Source: an uncultured Spirochaetota bacterium (GTDB lineage: Bacteria; Spirochaetota; Spirochaetia; SZUA-6; Fen-1364). From it: a stretch of DNA of 64,000 nucleotides. The notes below the pieces were generated by a model. It was not told where the DNA came from and did no database searches. It saw nothing but the letters and a program-made list of their open reading frames with translations. A program made the position numbers and the translations under genes. This document shows positions 10,289-19,740 of this stretch, in pieces; position 1 is the first letter of the stretch; every line of letters starts with the position of its first letter. The stretch lies in assembly GCA_963745235.1 (NCBI GenBank), contig CAVUXE010000053.1:224001-288000 (forward strand), read 5' to 3'.

Positions 10289-11711
10289 TCTCCTCCGTCT
10301 CCCGCTCGGAAAGCCTTTCTTTCCTGGCAAGGCTCCGCAGGACCGCGCTTTCGTCGTAGAGAAGGAAGACCAGGAGGCCGGCCACGCACACCGCGACCGA
10401 AACGATTGCGCTCATGCGGATGCCGAAGGGATGCTCGACGGACATCCCCAGGGTGAGAAACCACGGGAAGAGGATGTTCGCGATCGATATCCCCAGGTTC
10501 GTCTCGAAGGAACGCACTCCGAAGAACATCCCCGCCTTGAAGTTCCCCGTCTCGATGCCGTCCGCCTCGGCGATGTCAGCGACCACGGCGTTGGGCACGA
10601 TGGTGAAGATGGCAATCGGCAGGGCGGCAAAGACCACGGTGATGTAGGCATACACGATGCCGGACAGGGGGAGCACCCCCATGAATGAGAAAAGGACAAA
10701 GAGAAAGGCGAGCAGGCCGAAGCCGATCAGGATCATTCTCTTCTTTTCCCACCGGACAGCGCCGGCGGTGATCACGGGGTAGAAGATGAACGAGAGGATG
10801 AACATCACCATCATGAGGAAGGACGTGATCTCCTTCTCGAGTCGGAGGAGTGTGACGACGTAGTACACGATTCCCATCTGGATGATGGTCTGGCAGACGT
10901 TGTAGAGAAGCTCCGAGACCAGGAACAGGCTGAAGTTCCTGTTGCGAAGGGAAGAGCCGAGCGCCTGCAGGGTGCCTTCGTTGGACACCGAGTAGGCGGC
11001 GTACCGCTTCTCGTCGATAATGATGACCGGCAAGGCCATGAGGATGAGCGAGAGAACGCCAAAGATGGCTTCCACCGCCTGGAAGGCACGGGTGGAGCTC
11101 ATGCCGGAGCGCTCGAAGATGGTCTGGAAATCGTAGACAAAGTTGCCCACCGCGAATCCCAGGGACCAGGTGATCCCGATCACGGTGCTGATGAAAAGGC
11201 GCTCCTTGGGGTTATGACCAAGCTCGCTGATCAGCGCGTTGTAAGGCGCCGTGTACATCACGAAGAAAAAGTAGAAGAGAAGGATGGTGACCGACAGCCA
11301 TGCCGTGTTCATCCAGCTTGCCGAAGGGCTCGGGTTGGACGTGAAATGCTTCAGGGGAATGAAGACGAGGACGGAGAAAAGGGCGAACGGGGCAAAGCTG
11401 ACGGCAAGGAAGAACCGGCGACGTCCCATGCGGGCCCGGGACCTGTCCGACCACGACGCCAGGAGCGGGTTGGTGACCGCGTCGAAAAAGCGCGAAGCAA
11501 AGTTGATGATCCCGATGATCGTGAATATGCCGACCAGCACTCCCTCGAAGATGAACGGAGGGAAGATCCTGTGCGCGGAGGCCGTCTCCGGCGGCATGTA
11601 GAAGTACATGACGAGGTTGCTCACTCCGTAGGAGGCAAGGGACCAGCCAAGCTGGCCCAGGGCGAATATCACGAGCTTCCAGGTCGGCAGCTTTTCCGGC
11701 GTCCCGCTCAT
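10278..11711 (-). CDS. MFS transporter, GPH/MelB-like sugar:cation symporter
   Basis: About 12 hydrophobic helices. RFFDAVTNPLLASWSDR...GRRR and APYNALISEL motifs. Confidence 0.85.
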   Translation of the reverse strand: MSGTPEKLPTWKLVIFALGQLGWSLASYGVSNLVMYFYMPPETASAHRIFPPFIFEGVLVGIFTIIGIINFASRFFDAVTNPLLASWSDRSRARMGRRRFFLAVSFAPFALFSVLVFIPLKHFTSNPSPSASWMNTAWLSVTILLFYFFFVMYTAPYNALISELGHNPKERLFISTVIGITWSLGFAVGNFVYDFQTIFERSGMSSTRAFQAVEAIFGVLSLILMALPVIIIDEKRYAAYSVSNEGTLQALGSSLRNRNFSLFLVSELLYNVCQTIIQMGIVYYVVTLLRLEKEITSFLMMVMFILSFIFYPVITAGAVRWEKKRMILIGFGLLAFLFVLFSFMGVLPLSGIVYAYITVVFAALPIAIFTIVPNAVVADIAEADGIETGNFKAGMFFGVRSFETNLGISIANILFPWFLTLGMSVEHPFGIRMSAIVSVAVCVAGLLVFLLYDESAVLRSLARKERLSERETEEIRT

Positions 11712-11870
11712 GCGTTTCCTCCAACGCGGTCAGCGCAACCCCGTGAGTCCTCATGCGTCCCCACGATCCTCCCGGAGTCGCGGCAGGCATGTTGATTATC
11801 AGGTTCATTTCGATCTTAGTCTTCGCGGCCCGCGGACGCAAGCTCATGGCTTGAACGTTGAACCGACTCA

Positions 11871-11887
11871 TGCTATCAGTGTTAGTA
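11871..11887. promoter_or_regulatory. Possible LacI operator (imperfect palindrome TGCTATCA-G-TGTTAGTA)
   Basis: 6/8 symmetric half-sites between the divergent MFS and LacI genes, downstream of TTGAAC -35-like hexamers. Confidence 0.35.
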
Positions 11888-11930
11888 ACTCAAAAAGCGA
11901 TGAACGAGAAGCGGGGGCAAAGTCAAAGGC

Positions 11931-12950
11931 ATGGCTGAGCGAAAGGCAACTTCCGCGGACGTTGCGATCAGGGCCGGGGTCTCGCGCACGACGGTCTCTT
12001 TTGTTCTGAATAATACACCTGGGAAGAACATTCCGGAAGGAACCCGGCGGAAGGTGCTGGAGGCGGCCCGGGAGATGGGCTTTGTTCCCAACGAAAAGGC
12101 CCGCGACGTGGCCATGATCAAGCACAACTCCATCGGCTTCTTCATCCCTCACGCCGGATACATCTCCTCGGACGCCTACATCATCCGGGTGATCGAGGGG
12201 ATGACTCCCGTGCTCAACAAGAACCGGTTCCGCCTTGTCCTGCAGCCCCTGAAGCTCCAGGAGATGGACTACCTGGCGCGCGCGCGGCAGGACAGCGTGG
12301 ACGGGATCGTGCTCATGGATACGCGTGACGATGACAAGGGCCTCGCGGAGCTGATTGCGGCCGGGTTCCCGCTTGTCGTGATCGGTACCGTCTCTCACTC
12401 CAGCGTGATCCAGATCGACATCGACAACCGTTCCGCCGCACGGAGCGCAGTGGAGTACCTGATATCGCTCGGGCACCAGGACATCGGCATGATCCTTCAT
12501 GCCCCCGTCTCGTATTACGCCTCGCGGGACCGGTTCGAGGGCTACCGCGATGCCATGGAAGGCGCACACCGCGTGGTCAGAAAGCAGTGGGTGCACAGCG
12601 CAAACCTGACAGAGGAAAGCGGATACAAAGCAATGGCGGAAATCCTGGCGGGGGAGAAGCGACCCACGGCGGTGTTCGCCGGCAACGACGTGGTCGCCTA
12701 TGGCGGCATGCAGGCCATCAAGGACGCCGGGCTCTCCATTCCGGGGGACATCTCCATTGTCGGGTTCGATGACGATCTTCCCTCACGGTACGTGAACCCT
12801 CCCCTGACTACCGTCACCAATCCCGCCCCGAGTCTCGGGGCCGAGGCGGCGCGCATGCTCATCCGGGTCCTCCGGGGTCACACGGCGGCGGAGCTCTCTC
12901 CCGCGCTGCCCATGCTCCTTGCCGTGCGGGACAGCTGCAGGCAACTGTGA
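11931..12950 (+). CDS. LacI-family transcriptional regulator
   Basis: HTH ATSADVAIRAGVSRTTVSFVLN. IPGDISIVGFDD and PPLTTV motifs. Confidence 0.93.
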   Translation: MAERKATSADVAIRAGVSRTTVSFVLNNTPGKNIPEGTRRKVLEAAREMGFVPNEKARDVAMIKHNSIGFFIPHAGYISSDAYIIRVIEGMTPVLNKNRFRLVLQPLKLQEMDYLARARQDSVDGIVLMDTRDDDKGLAELIAAGFPLVVIGTVSHSSVIQIDIDNRSAARSAVEYLISLGHQDIGMILHAPVSYYASRDRFEGYRDAMEGAHRVVRKQWVHSANLTEESGYKAMAEILAGEKRPTAVFAGNDVVAYGGMQAIKDAGLSIPGDISIVGFDDDLPSRYVNPPLTTVTNPAPSLGAEAARMLIRVLRGHTAAELSPALPMLLAVRDSCRQL

Positions 12951-13094
12951 GCGGAGGCACACCATGATCGCAGCCGAAAAGGTGCATGTTCCGTTCGAGA
13001 GCCGCGCGGGTGTGGAGGCTTGCGGGAGGCGTTCCCGGCATGGAGCCTCGCTTCTGCCGCGGGCCGCGTGATATACTGACCTCGGAGGAACCCG

Positions 13095-13502
13095 ATGGCA
13101 TACTTCGACTGGTCGAGCGACCTCAGCGTGAACGTGAAGGAGATAGACGACGAGCATCGGAAGCTGGTCGGCATGATCAACTCCCTGAACGAGGCGATGC
13201 TCGCGCGAAAAGGGCGGGAAGCCCAGAAGACGACAATCGACGCAATGGTGGACTACGCGGCAACGCACTTCGCAACAGAGGAACGCTACATGCAGGCGTT
13301 CCGCTACCAGGGATACCAGGCGCATCGGGTCGAGCACGAAAAGTTCACCGCCAAGGCGCTGGAGCTGAAGACCAGGGCGGACCGCGCCGGTTTCATTCTC
13401 ACCCTTGAAATCGTGAGCTTCCTCAAGGCGTGGCTGCAGAACCATATTTTGGGGACCGACAAGCGCTATCAGTCCTGCTTCAACGAGCACGGGCTTCGGT
13501 GA
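13095..13502 (+). CDS. Bacteriohemerythrin
   Basis: W...IDDEHRKL, HFATEE, HRVEH and WLQNHILGTD iron-ligand pattern. TATACT and GGAGG upstream. Confidence 0.92.
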   Translation: MAYFDWSSDLSVNVKEIDDEHRKLVGMINSLNEAMLARKGREAQKTTIDAMVDYAATHFATEERYMQAFRYQGYQAHRVEHEKFTAKALELKTRADRAGFILTLEIVSFLKAWLQNHILGTDKRYQSCFNEHGLR

Positions 13503-13972
13503 TGGAGACACGGAAGAACATCGCGCTCGTGGCGCATGACAACTGCAAGAAGGACCTCGTCGAATGGGTGAACTGGAACTGGAAGCTGCTGCTGGGACAC
13601 CAGCTGATCTGCACGGGGACCACCGGGCGGCTCGTGGAAGAGACGCTCGCCGGCAGGACGCGCGGTGAGGTGAAGCCCGCGTACACCATTATCAAGCTGA
13701 AATCAGGGCCCTTCGGGGGAGACCAGCAGCTGGGGGCCATGATCGTGGACGGGAAGGTCGATGTGCTCATCTTCTTCTGGGATCCCATGGAGCCGCAGCC
13801 GCATGACGTCGATGTGAAGGCGCTCCTTCGCATCTCGGTCCTGTACAACATCCCCGCGGCCTGCAACCGCTCGACGGCGGATTTCCTCATTTCCTCGCAA
13901 CTCCTGAACGAGCCTTACGCGCCTATCCGGCGGGACTACGCGGAGTACCTGACCAGGAAGATCGAGCTGTAG
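13502..13972 (+). CDS. mgsA: Methylglyoxal synthase
   Basis: IALVAHD, CTGTTG, SGPFGGDQQLG and PHDVDVKALLR motifs. TGATG coupling to the upstream gene. Confidence 0.93.
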   Translation: METRKNIALVAHDNCKKDLVEWVNWNWKLLLGHQLICTGTTGRLVEETLAGRTRGEVKPAYTIIKLKSGPFGGDQQLGAMIVDGKVDVLIFFWDPMEPQPHDVDVKALLRISVLYNIPAACNRSTADFLISSQLLNEPYAPIRRDYAEYLTRKIEL

Positions 13973-13979
13973 GATTGCA

Positions 13980-14972
13980 ATGCCTGACGTGGAGCACCTG
14001 CACGGGCGCGAGCCCGTGACCCAGCTTCCCTACGGCGTGAGCCGCTCCTACGCCGCCCTGGCCCGAAGCGAGGATCCGGACACGGATCCGATTGCCGCGC
14101 AGTTCATTCCGCGCCCGGGTGAGCTTGTCACCCTTCCCTATGAATCCGCGGATCCCATCAGTGACGCACGCTATCTGGTCACGGAGAGGCTCGTCCACCA
14201 CTATCCCGACCGCGCGCTGCTCCTGGTGAGCGACCGGTGCGCCACCTACTGCAGGCATTGCTTCCGCCGCCACTTCACCGGCCATGGCGGCGGACAGATC
14301 ACCGCGGAGCAGCTGGAGGCGGCCTGCGCCTACCTGGCCCACACACCCTCCATTCACGAAGTGCTGTTGTCCGGCGGCGACCCCCTCATGCTGTCCGACC
14401 GGGACCTGGGCACCGTTGTTGACCGTCTCCTCCGTGTCGACCCTTCCTACGTGCTTCGCGTCTGTACGCGCATGCCGGTGGTGCATCCCGCGCGGATCAC
14501 CGAGGACCTGGCGCTGATGCTCGGGAAGCCGGGCTCCGTGTGGGCGGTCATACACGCCAACCATCCCCGGGAGCTCACGGATGAGTTTCGTCAGGCCGTC
14601 CGTCGGCTCATCACCGCCGGCGTGCCTGTCTTGAATCAGGCTGTTCTCCTTCGCGGCGTCAACGACACCACGGAGACCCTGGAGGCGTTGCTCCGCGGTC
14701 TGGTGAGGGCGGGGGTGAAGCCGTACTACCTTTTCCAGGGAGACCTGGCCGCCGGCACGGCCCATTTTCGAGTGTCCCTGGAAAAAGGCATTGCCCTGAT
14801 GAGAGAGCTCCGGGCGCGTCTGTCAGGAATTGCTCTTCCCACCTATGCCGTGGATCTTCCCGGCGGGGGAGGAAAAGTACCCGTGGAGTCCGCGCTGGTG
14901 CGCACGGAGCAGGACGCATATGTCCTGCGCGGCCCTGATGGGAAGGAATACCGGTATCCCCGGGAGACCTGA
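13980..14972 (+). CDS. KamA-family radical SAM protein (lysine 2,3-aminomutase/EpmB-like)
   Basis: CATYCRHCFRR, LLSGGDP, NQAVLLRGVND, PYYLFQ and GGGGK (PLP lysine) motifs. Confidence 0.88.
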   Translation: MPDVEHLHGREPVTQLPYGVSRSYAALARSEDPDTDPIAAQFIPRPGELVTLPYESADPISDARYLVTERLVHHYPDRALLLVSDRCATYCRHCFRRHFTGHGGGQITAEQLEAACAYLAHTPSIHEVLLSGGDPLMLSDRDLGTVVDRLLRVDPSYVLRVCTRMPVVHPARITEDLALMLGKPGSVWAVIHANHPRELTDEFRQAVRRLITAGVPVLNQAVLLRGVNDTTETLEALLRGLVRAGVKPYYLFQGDLAAGTAHFRVSLEKGIALMRELRARLSGIALPTYAVDLPGGGGKVPVESALVRTEQDAYVLRGPDGKEYRYPRET

Positions 14973-15001
14973 GGTCGGGCCATGATGCCGCACGGGCTGA
15001 C

Positions 15002-15382
15002 TTACAGCGCGGGGTTCAGATCGGTGACGGAGTCTCCGTCCAGCTCCTCGTGGTAGAAGTCGCGGATGAGGGTGCGGACCACGGCGAGACCTTCCGGGCT
15101 GATGGACTGGATCAGAAATCCCATGCTGTAGAAATCCCCGCTCGCGTCCTTTCGGCACCACTTGCTCACCGCCGTGAACGCCAGGTGTCCGTCCTTCATG
15201 ACGTTGCGCGGAAGATCCATGCGCAGGGAGAGCTCCCTCTTCGGCTTCACAGCCTTTTCCCCGATCAGCATCATTCCTTCCGGCGTGATGTCTGTCATGT
15301 GCCCGAGCAACCGGCCCGTAGCCGCATTGAACACACGCAGCCGATAGATGAGGTGGGTCCGTTCCTCTCTCATGGGTCTCAT
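15002..15382 (-). CDS. Single-domain PilZ protein
   Basis: REERTHLIYRLRVF...GHMTDITPEG (DxT/SxxG), WCR...YSMGF. The RxxxR motif is imperfect. Confidence 0.75.
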   Translation of the reverse strand: MRPMREERTHLIYRLRVFNAATGRLLGHMTDITPEGMMLIGEKAVKPKRELSLRMDLPRNVMKDGHLAFTAVSKWCRKDASGDFYSMGFLIQSISPEGLAVVRTLIRDFYHEELDGDSVTDLNPAL

Positions 15383-16818
15383 GCGCCGCCTCCGCCGCGC
15401 GTCGTCTTCCTGCCGCTGGTCCGGGGGATCTTCTTGAGGAGGATTATTGTCATGTCGTCCTCCTGGTCTGCCTGGAAAGCTCGTACATCGTCGAGGATCC
15501 CTTCAAGGGCTTTCTCCACCGGCAGGTCCGCGCAGCGCGCGAACACCTCCTGGAGGCGTTCCTGGCCGTACATCTCTCCCGCGCTGTTCGTGCCTTCAGT
15601 TACCCCGTCCGTGAAGAAGAGGGCAACGTCGTTGTCCGCGATCTCTATTCTCTTGACCTCCATGACGGTTTCGATCTGGTCCGCGATGCCGAGCCATGTC
15701 CCCCGGGTCGGGACGGACGTCACGGAACCCAGGGCGGAGCGATAGACAAGGACGTCCTGGTGGTGCCCGGCGACGATCATGCAATCGTCCTCCAGCTTGA
15801 TCACCATCATCGTCATGTAGTGGTTCGCGCCAAGCCGCCCGATGTCCTCCTTGATGACCCTGTTGGTGGTGGACAGGACGTCGAGGGGCTGCGCGGAGGG
15901 GTTGCCCTGGATCACGGTCATGATGCTCGCCTGCGCCATCATCATGATCAGGCCGGAGTCCACGCCATGCCCTGCCACGTCGCCGATTGCCACCCACCTG
16001 TCCCCCGAGTCCGTCTCAATGATGTCGTAATAGTCCCCGCCAACTTCCTTTGCCGGCAGCATGGTGACCGCGCTTTCGAAGCCCCTGATGGCGCCTTTCC
16101 TCTGGGGAAGGAGGGCGGTCTGGATCCTCTTGGCAAGCTCCATCTCCCCCCAGAGGGCGTCACGCGCTTTTTTCAGCTTCACCAGGAGAGAAAACTCCTT
16201 CTCAATGAGGTTGTGGCGGACGTGGGTGATGCTCACGGCCAGGATGATGGTGGAAATGAGAAAGAAGAGGTTGTTTGTCAGCCTTGCCTGGTCGAAGGGG
16301 TGCGGGACAATCAGGTTGAACGCGATATACATGGCCAGGATGGCAAGGGCATTTGCCGCGGTATGCGGTGCGCGCCACGGCATCAGGAGGTTGACGCCGA
16401 TGACCACGAGGGTGAGCCCCGCGTAGTACGTGGAATTGAACCCGCCGAGGTCCACCGTCATGAGGGCGATGATCGCGCCGACCTGCAGGGAAATGAAATA
16501 TCCGTGGAGGTAGGACCAGCGGCTCGGGGGTGTGTTTCGCACAATAAGGAACTGGGCCAGGGCGAGCACGGTGGAAGTGAGCCGGTAGACCGCGAAGCGG
16601 GGAAGCAACCCCGCGGGCATCATGAAATAGTCAAGGACAAAGAAGAGAGGCACCAGGACGATGGCCAGCGCGGTGAGCGTGCGAAGCCAGTCGTGGATGA
16701 TCCCGATCCTGTAAGCGGCGAAATCGTCCGCATCGATTGCGCGTGCGGTCCAGGCCTCCAGCTGGTCCCGTGTCCGGCCGGAGGGCGCCGCGGCGGTCAT
16801 GGTGTCAGCTCTGGGCAT
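15379..16818 (-). CDS. Membrane-bound SpoIIE/PP2C-family phosphatase with ~6-TM sensor domain
   Basis: IQTALLP, GGDYYD, GDVAGHG, FTDGVTE and DDMT motifs. N-terminal TM bundle containing GGFNSTYYAGLTLV. Confidence 0.88.
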   Translation of the reverse strand: MPRADTMTAAAPSGRTRDQLEAWTARAIDADDFAAYRIGIIHDWLRTLTALAIVLVPLFFVLDYFMMPAGLLPRFAVYRLTSTVLALAQFLIVRNTPPSRWSYLHGYFISLQVGAIIALMTVDLGGFNSTYYAGLTLVVIGVNLLMPWRAPHTAANALAILAMYIAFNLIVPHPFDQARLTNNLFFLISTIILAVSITHVRHNLIEKEFSLLVKLKKARDALWGEMELAKRIQTALLPQRKGAIRGFESAVTMLPAKEVGGDYYDIIETDSGDRWVAIGDVAGHGVDSGLIMMMAQASIMTVIQGNPSAQPLDVLSTTNRVIKEDIGRLGANHYMTMMVIKLEDDCMIVAGHHQDVLVYRSALGSVTSVPTRGTWLGIADQIETVMEVKRIEIADNDVALFFTDGVTEGTNSAGEMYGQERLQEVFARCADLPVEKALEGILDDVRAFQADQEDDMTIILLKKIPRTSGRKTTRGGGGA

Positions 16819-18199
16819 CGGGGGCCTTCCTCACGTGCAGCAGCATCTGAATCCGGGTGGCGTCGAACTTCACCGATACGTCGGCCCCCGGAAGGCCGTC
16901 CACCAGGCGCATGAAGTCATCCTCTGTGCGATAGATGATTTTCCAGTCGTGCCAGTACTCCATGTAGAAGCGGCTGGGATTCACCACGGAGAAGTTGCCG
17001 ACTGCCATCTCGCCGCCCGGGGTGAGCAGCTGGTAGAGCTTCTTGAGGACGGCAGCGGCAACCGGGGCCGTCAGGTAATCGAACAGGCCCATGGAGTAGA
17101 TGAAATGGAACTGGCCCCATCGCTCCTGGAGCGCCCGGGCGACCAGCATGGTCCGCACCGACTCCCGAATGAAATCCGCCGAGATCTCCGTGTCCAGGGA
17201 GCGTTCGATCTCGCTCACCAGGCCCGCTGCTTCCAGGAGCGCCTGCTGGTCCTGGTCGAAGAAGGAGAAGTGCATGCGGGCGCAGTCCTCAGGGGTCCGC
17301 AGGATGTCCCGCACCTCGAAGGCGGGCCCGCACGCCACGGAGAGGATCCGCAGCTTCTGCGACTCCGGCAGGCAGAACTGTCCCGTGAAGTGATGGAGCA
17401 TGGCGGCCACCTCCACACGCCTGTTGCGCACGGCATAGGCCGCCCGCTGATCCACGGAGAACTTGTGCATGACCTTGCCGAAGGTCGAGTCCCCCTGGTA
17501 GTCGTCCAGGTAGATCATGCGCATCATCTCCGAGTCTCCGTTGTAGCCTCGCGGCTTGAGGTTCGTGCGCGCCATGATGGGGGCGCGGAGCAGGATGTTC
17601 CACAACTGACGCCGGAAATAGAACCCGTGGTGCTCGTGCTCCTTCTCGCTGAATCCGCTCACGACCCGGTCCAGGAGCACGTTCTGTCTCTCCATGTAGT
17701 CCCGGAGGTCATTTCCCACGTTTCGGATGATGCTCCGCTGGATGACCTCCCGCACCTCGGGCGGCTCGTTCAGGCAGTCCGTGTCCATCTGGTCGAGCGC
17801 GTTCAGGTAGACGTTCAAGTCGTAGGTCAGGTCCGAGACGTAATTTCGAAACGCCGGGTCGATGCTGTTCTTGTAGCCGAAGATGAGGGAAAGGTTGACG
17901 GCCGCGGTTTCCAGCGTTTCGATCTTTGCGTGGAAGAAAAGCTTCTCGAAATCGTGCGTCCGGCCAACCGCCACAAGCCTTCGGGCGCGCTCGCCTTCGC
18001 GGCCCGCAAGAATGTGGCAGGGCCCGATCTGGATGAGCTTGTCATTGACTGAAATCTCGAGGTTCTCAATCTCTGGTCCGAGCTGTTCCCCGTCTCCCTC
18101 CACCCAGATGGAGTAGCGGGAGGCATACGCCGCCTGTACGATGACCCTTTTTTTCCCCGACGTCAGCCAGCCCTGCAGGACGGGGGATTGCGGCGCCAT
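16805..18199 (-). CDS. Class I SAM-dependent methyltransferase, PhcB-like
   Basis: KPRGYNGDSEMMRMIY, AVRNRR, ILSVACGPAFE, FDQDQQAL, IYSMGLFDYL and GGEMAVGNF motifs, resembling (from memory) the Ralstonia PhcB family. Confidence 0.72.
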   Translation of the reverse strand: MAPQSPVLQGWLTSGKKRVIVQAAYASRYSIWVEGDGEQLGPEIENLEISVNDKLIQIGPCHILAGREGERARRLVAVGRTHDFEKLFFHAKIETLETAAVNLSLIFGYKNSIDPAFRNYVSDLTYDLNVYLNALDQMDTDCLNEPPEVREVIQRSIIRNVGNDLRDYMERQNVLLDRVVSGFSEKEHEHHGFYFRRQLWNILLRAPIMARTNLKPRGYNGDSEMMRMIYLDDYQGDSTFGKVMHKFSVDQRAAYAVRNRRVEVAAMLHHFTGQFCLPESQKLRILSVACGPAFEVRDILRTPEDCARMHFSFFDQDQQALLEAAGLVSEIERSLDTEISADFIRESVRTMLVARALQERWGQFHFIYSMGLFDYLTAPVAAAVLKKLYQLLTPGGEMAVGNFSVVNPSRFYMEYWHDWKIIYRTEDDFMRLVDGLPGADVSVKFDATRIQMLLHVRKAPDAQS

Positions 18200-18205
18200 A
18201 GCCGA

Positions 18206-18580
18206 TCAGTCCGTGCCCTCGATGACAATTCTGCCATCAGGCGTCTGGAAGATGACCAGGGCGGAAAAAGAGATATCCTGCCACTTCAACGACTTCTTGT
18301 ATGCCACGGTGATCTGCCCCTCCCCGACGCGCGCCCTTTCCAGGATCTTGATCACCGGGGTCAGGGTGGAGGAGTTCATGTACGAGAGGTCACGGAAGTT
18401 CATCACGATGCGCTTCTTGGCCGGGATGGCCTCCCCGAGCGTCCGCAGGAGGATAGGCATGACGAAATCATTGGGATCACGCAGGATGCTCTTGCCGAGA
18501 AAATGGACCGTAATGGTCCGCTCCTCGTCCGCGATGTCTATGGTCAACTGGTTATTCGTGAAAGTCTGCACTTTCGCCAT
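18206..18580 (-). CDS. STAS/SiaC-like partner-switch phosphoprotein
   Basis: IVMNFRDLSYMNSST resembles the SpoIIAA/SiaC phospho-acceptor loop. GKS...P and WQ motifs. Confidence 0.65.
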   Translation of the reverse strand: MAKVQTFTNNQLTIDIADEERTITVHFLGKSILRDPNDFVMPILLRTLGEAIPAKKRIVMNFRDLSYMNSSTLTPVIKILERARVGEGQITVAYKKSLKWQDISFSALVIFQTPDGRIVIEGTD

Positions 18581-18598
18581 GTCGTTCCTCCCCCGTGC

Positions 18599-19090
18599 TC
18601 ATTCCAGGTTTGAGACCGCCGAAACGCTGAGCGTGTCGTTCTCATCGAGATAGAAGTCCAGTATCGCCCGCCCCTCGTACGTGATGCGGACCAGGCCGAG
18701 ACCGCTCTTGTCCCCTTCCAGGGGCTCTCGGGAAATTGCCTTCATCCGCGCGATGTATGCTTCGAACGGCGCCTGGAACCCGCGGACCCACTGGATGGTG
18801 CGATCCAGCTCGCTCAAGTACGTGCGGCTGTAGGTGCCGATCGGGTTCGAGACGAGGACGGAGAACGTGACGCCGGAAATCCACACCCGCACCATCACGG
18901 CATCCGTTTCGTTGGTGAAGTGCCCGTACTTGATCCCGTTCTCCACGAGCTCGCACACCACCATCGTATACTTGTCCACGCCCTCCGGGGGCAGCCCGCA
19001 GCTGCGGAGGAATTCGCCCACCGCCTGGTTGACTCTCCCGACTTCTCCCCAGTCGGAGGCCACGCGAAGCTCGAGCTCCTGGCTGTTCAT
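18599..19090 (-). CDS. RsbW/SiaB-like HATPase Ser/Thr kinase (anti-sigma-factor type)
   Basis: ELVENGIKYG N-box and SGLGLVRI G-box, with no HisKA domain. Confidence 0.75.
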   Translation of the reverse strand: MNSQELELRVASDWGEVGRVNQAVGEFLRSCGLPPEGVDKYTMVVCELVENGIKYGHFTNETDAVMVRVWISGVTFSVLVSNPIGTYSRTYLSELDRTIQWVRGFQAPFEAYIARMKAISREPLEGDKSGLGLVRITYEGRAILDFYLDENDTLSVSAVSNLE

Positions 19091-19404
19091 CCGTTCCCCG
19101 CCCCGTGCATGGGTGGCCAAATCTCTCCCTTCATGAGTTGAAAAAACCCGCTCGAATGTTCGCAGACAATTCTCAAGCGACGCGCGCTGCCCGTGCCGTC
19201 TTCGCGCATTGTCACGTGAAAGATATTCAGACGGCGACCGCAAGGCAAAACATTCCTGATCACCGGCCATCGGTCTCGGGTTGATCGGCTGGGACGTCCC
19301 GCACCTCGCCCCTGAGGGCGTGTACGCCACGCTTCTCCGCGGTGGCGGACTTGCGGCGTCCGACGGAAAAGAGGTATGCTTCCTGCGAAAGAGTTGACCG
19401 CACA

Positions 19405-19740
19405 ATGACGAAACGTATCGAACAACTGATGAGAAGGGCGGAAGGAGCCCTCGGGCGTGCCTTCGAGCAGCTCGATGCTGCCGGTACCATAGCGAAGAAG
19501 TTGGACGCGGAGGCCGCGAAGCTTGGCGGGGAACACACCTTCGTCGAGCTCATGATCATACGCGAAGTCATAGACCGCGTGGGCAGAATTTGCAATGCGG
19601 CTTTCATTGCGGATGCCCGGGCCGCCGGGCCGCTGCCCTTCCCTCCTCGAGACCGGACTGCAGGAATGATGCCCGCCGTCACCCCGCGGCGCGCACGGCG
19701 GAAGACCGGCCGGCCCGGAAGCAAGAGAAAAAGGCCGTGA
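19405..19740 (+). CDS. Small hypothetical protein with basic tail
   Basis: Amphipathic helical ORF whose stop overlaps the next GTG start (GTGA). No recognisable motif. Confidence 0.4.
   Translation: MTKRIEQLMRRAEGALGRAFEQLDAAGTIAKKLDAEAAKLGGEHTFVELMIIREVIDRVGRICNAAFIADARAAGPLPFPPRDRTAGMMPAVTPRRARRKTGRPGSKRKRP

Noticed and set aside
19180-19230. Sigma-54 promoter (minus strand), parS or Rex-like site upstream of the signalling operon
   Set aside because: The -12 element lacks TTGC, the parS match is only 12/16 and the Rex spacing is wrong.
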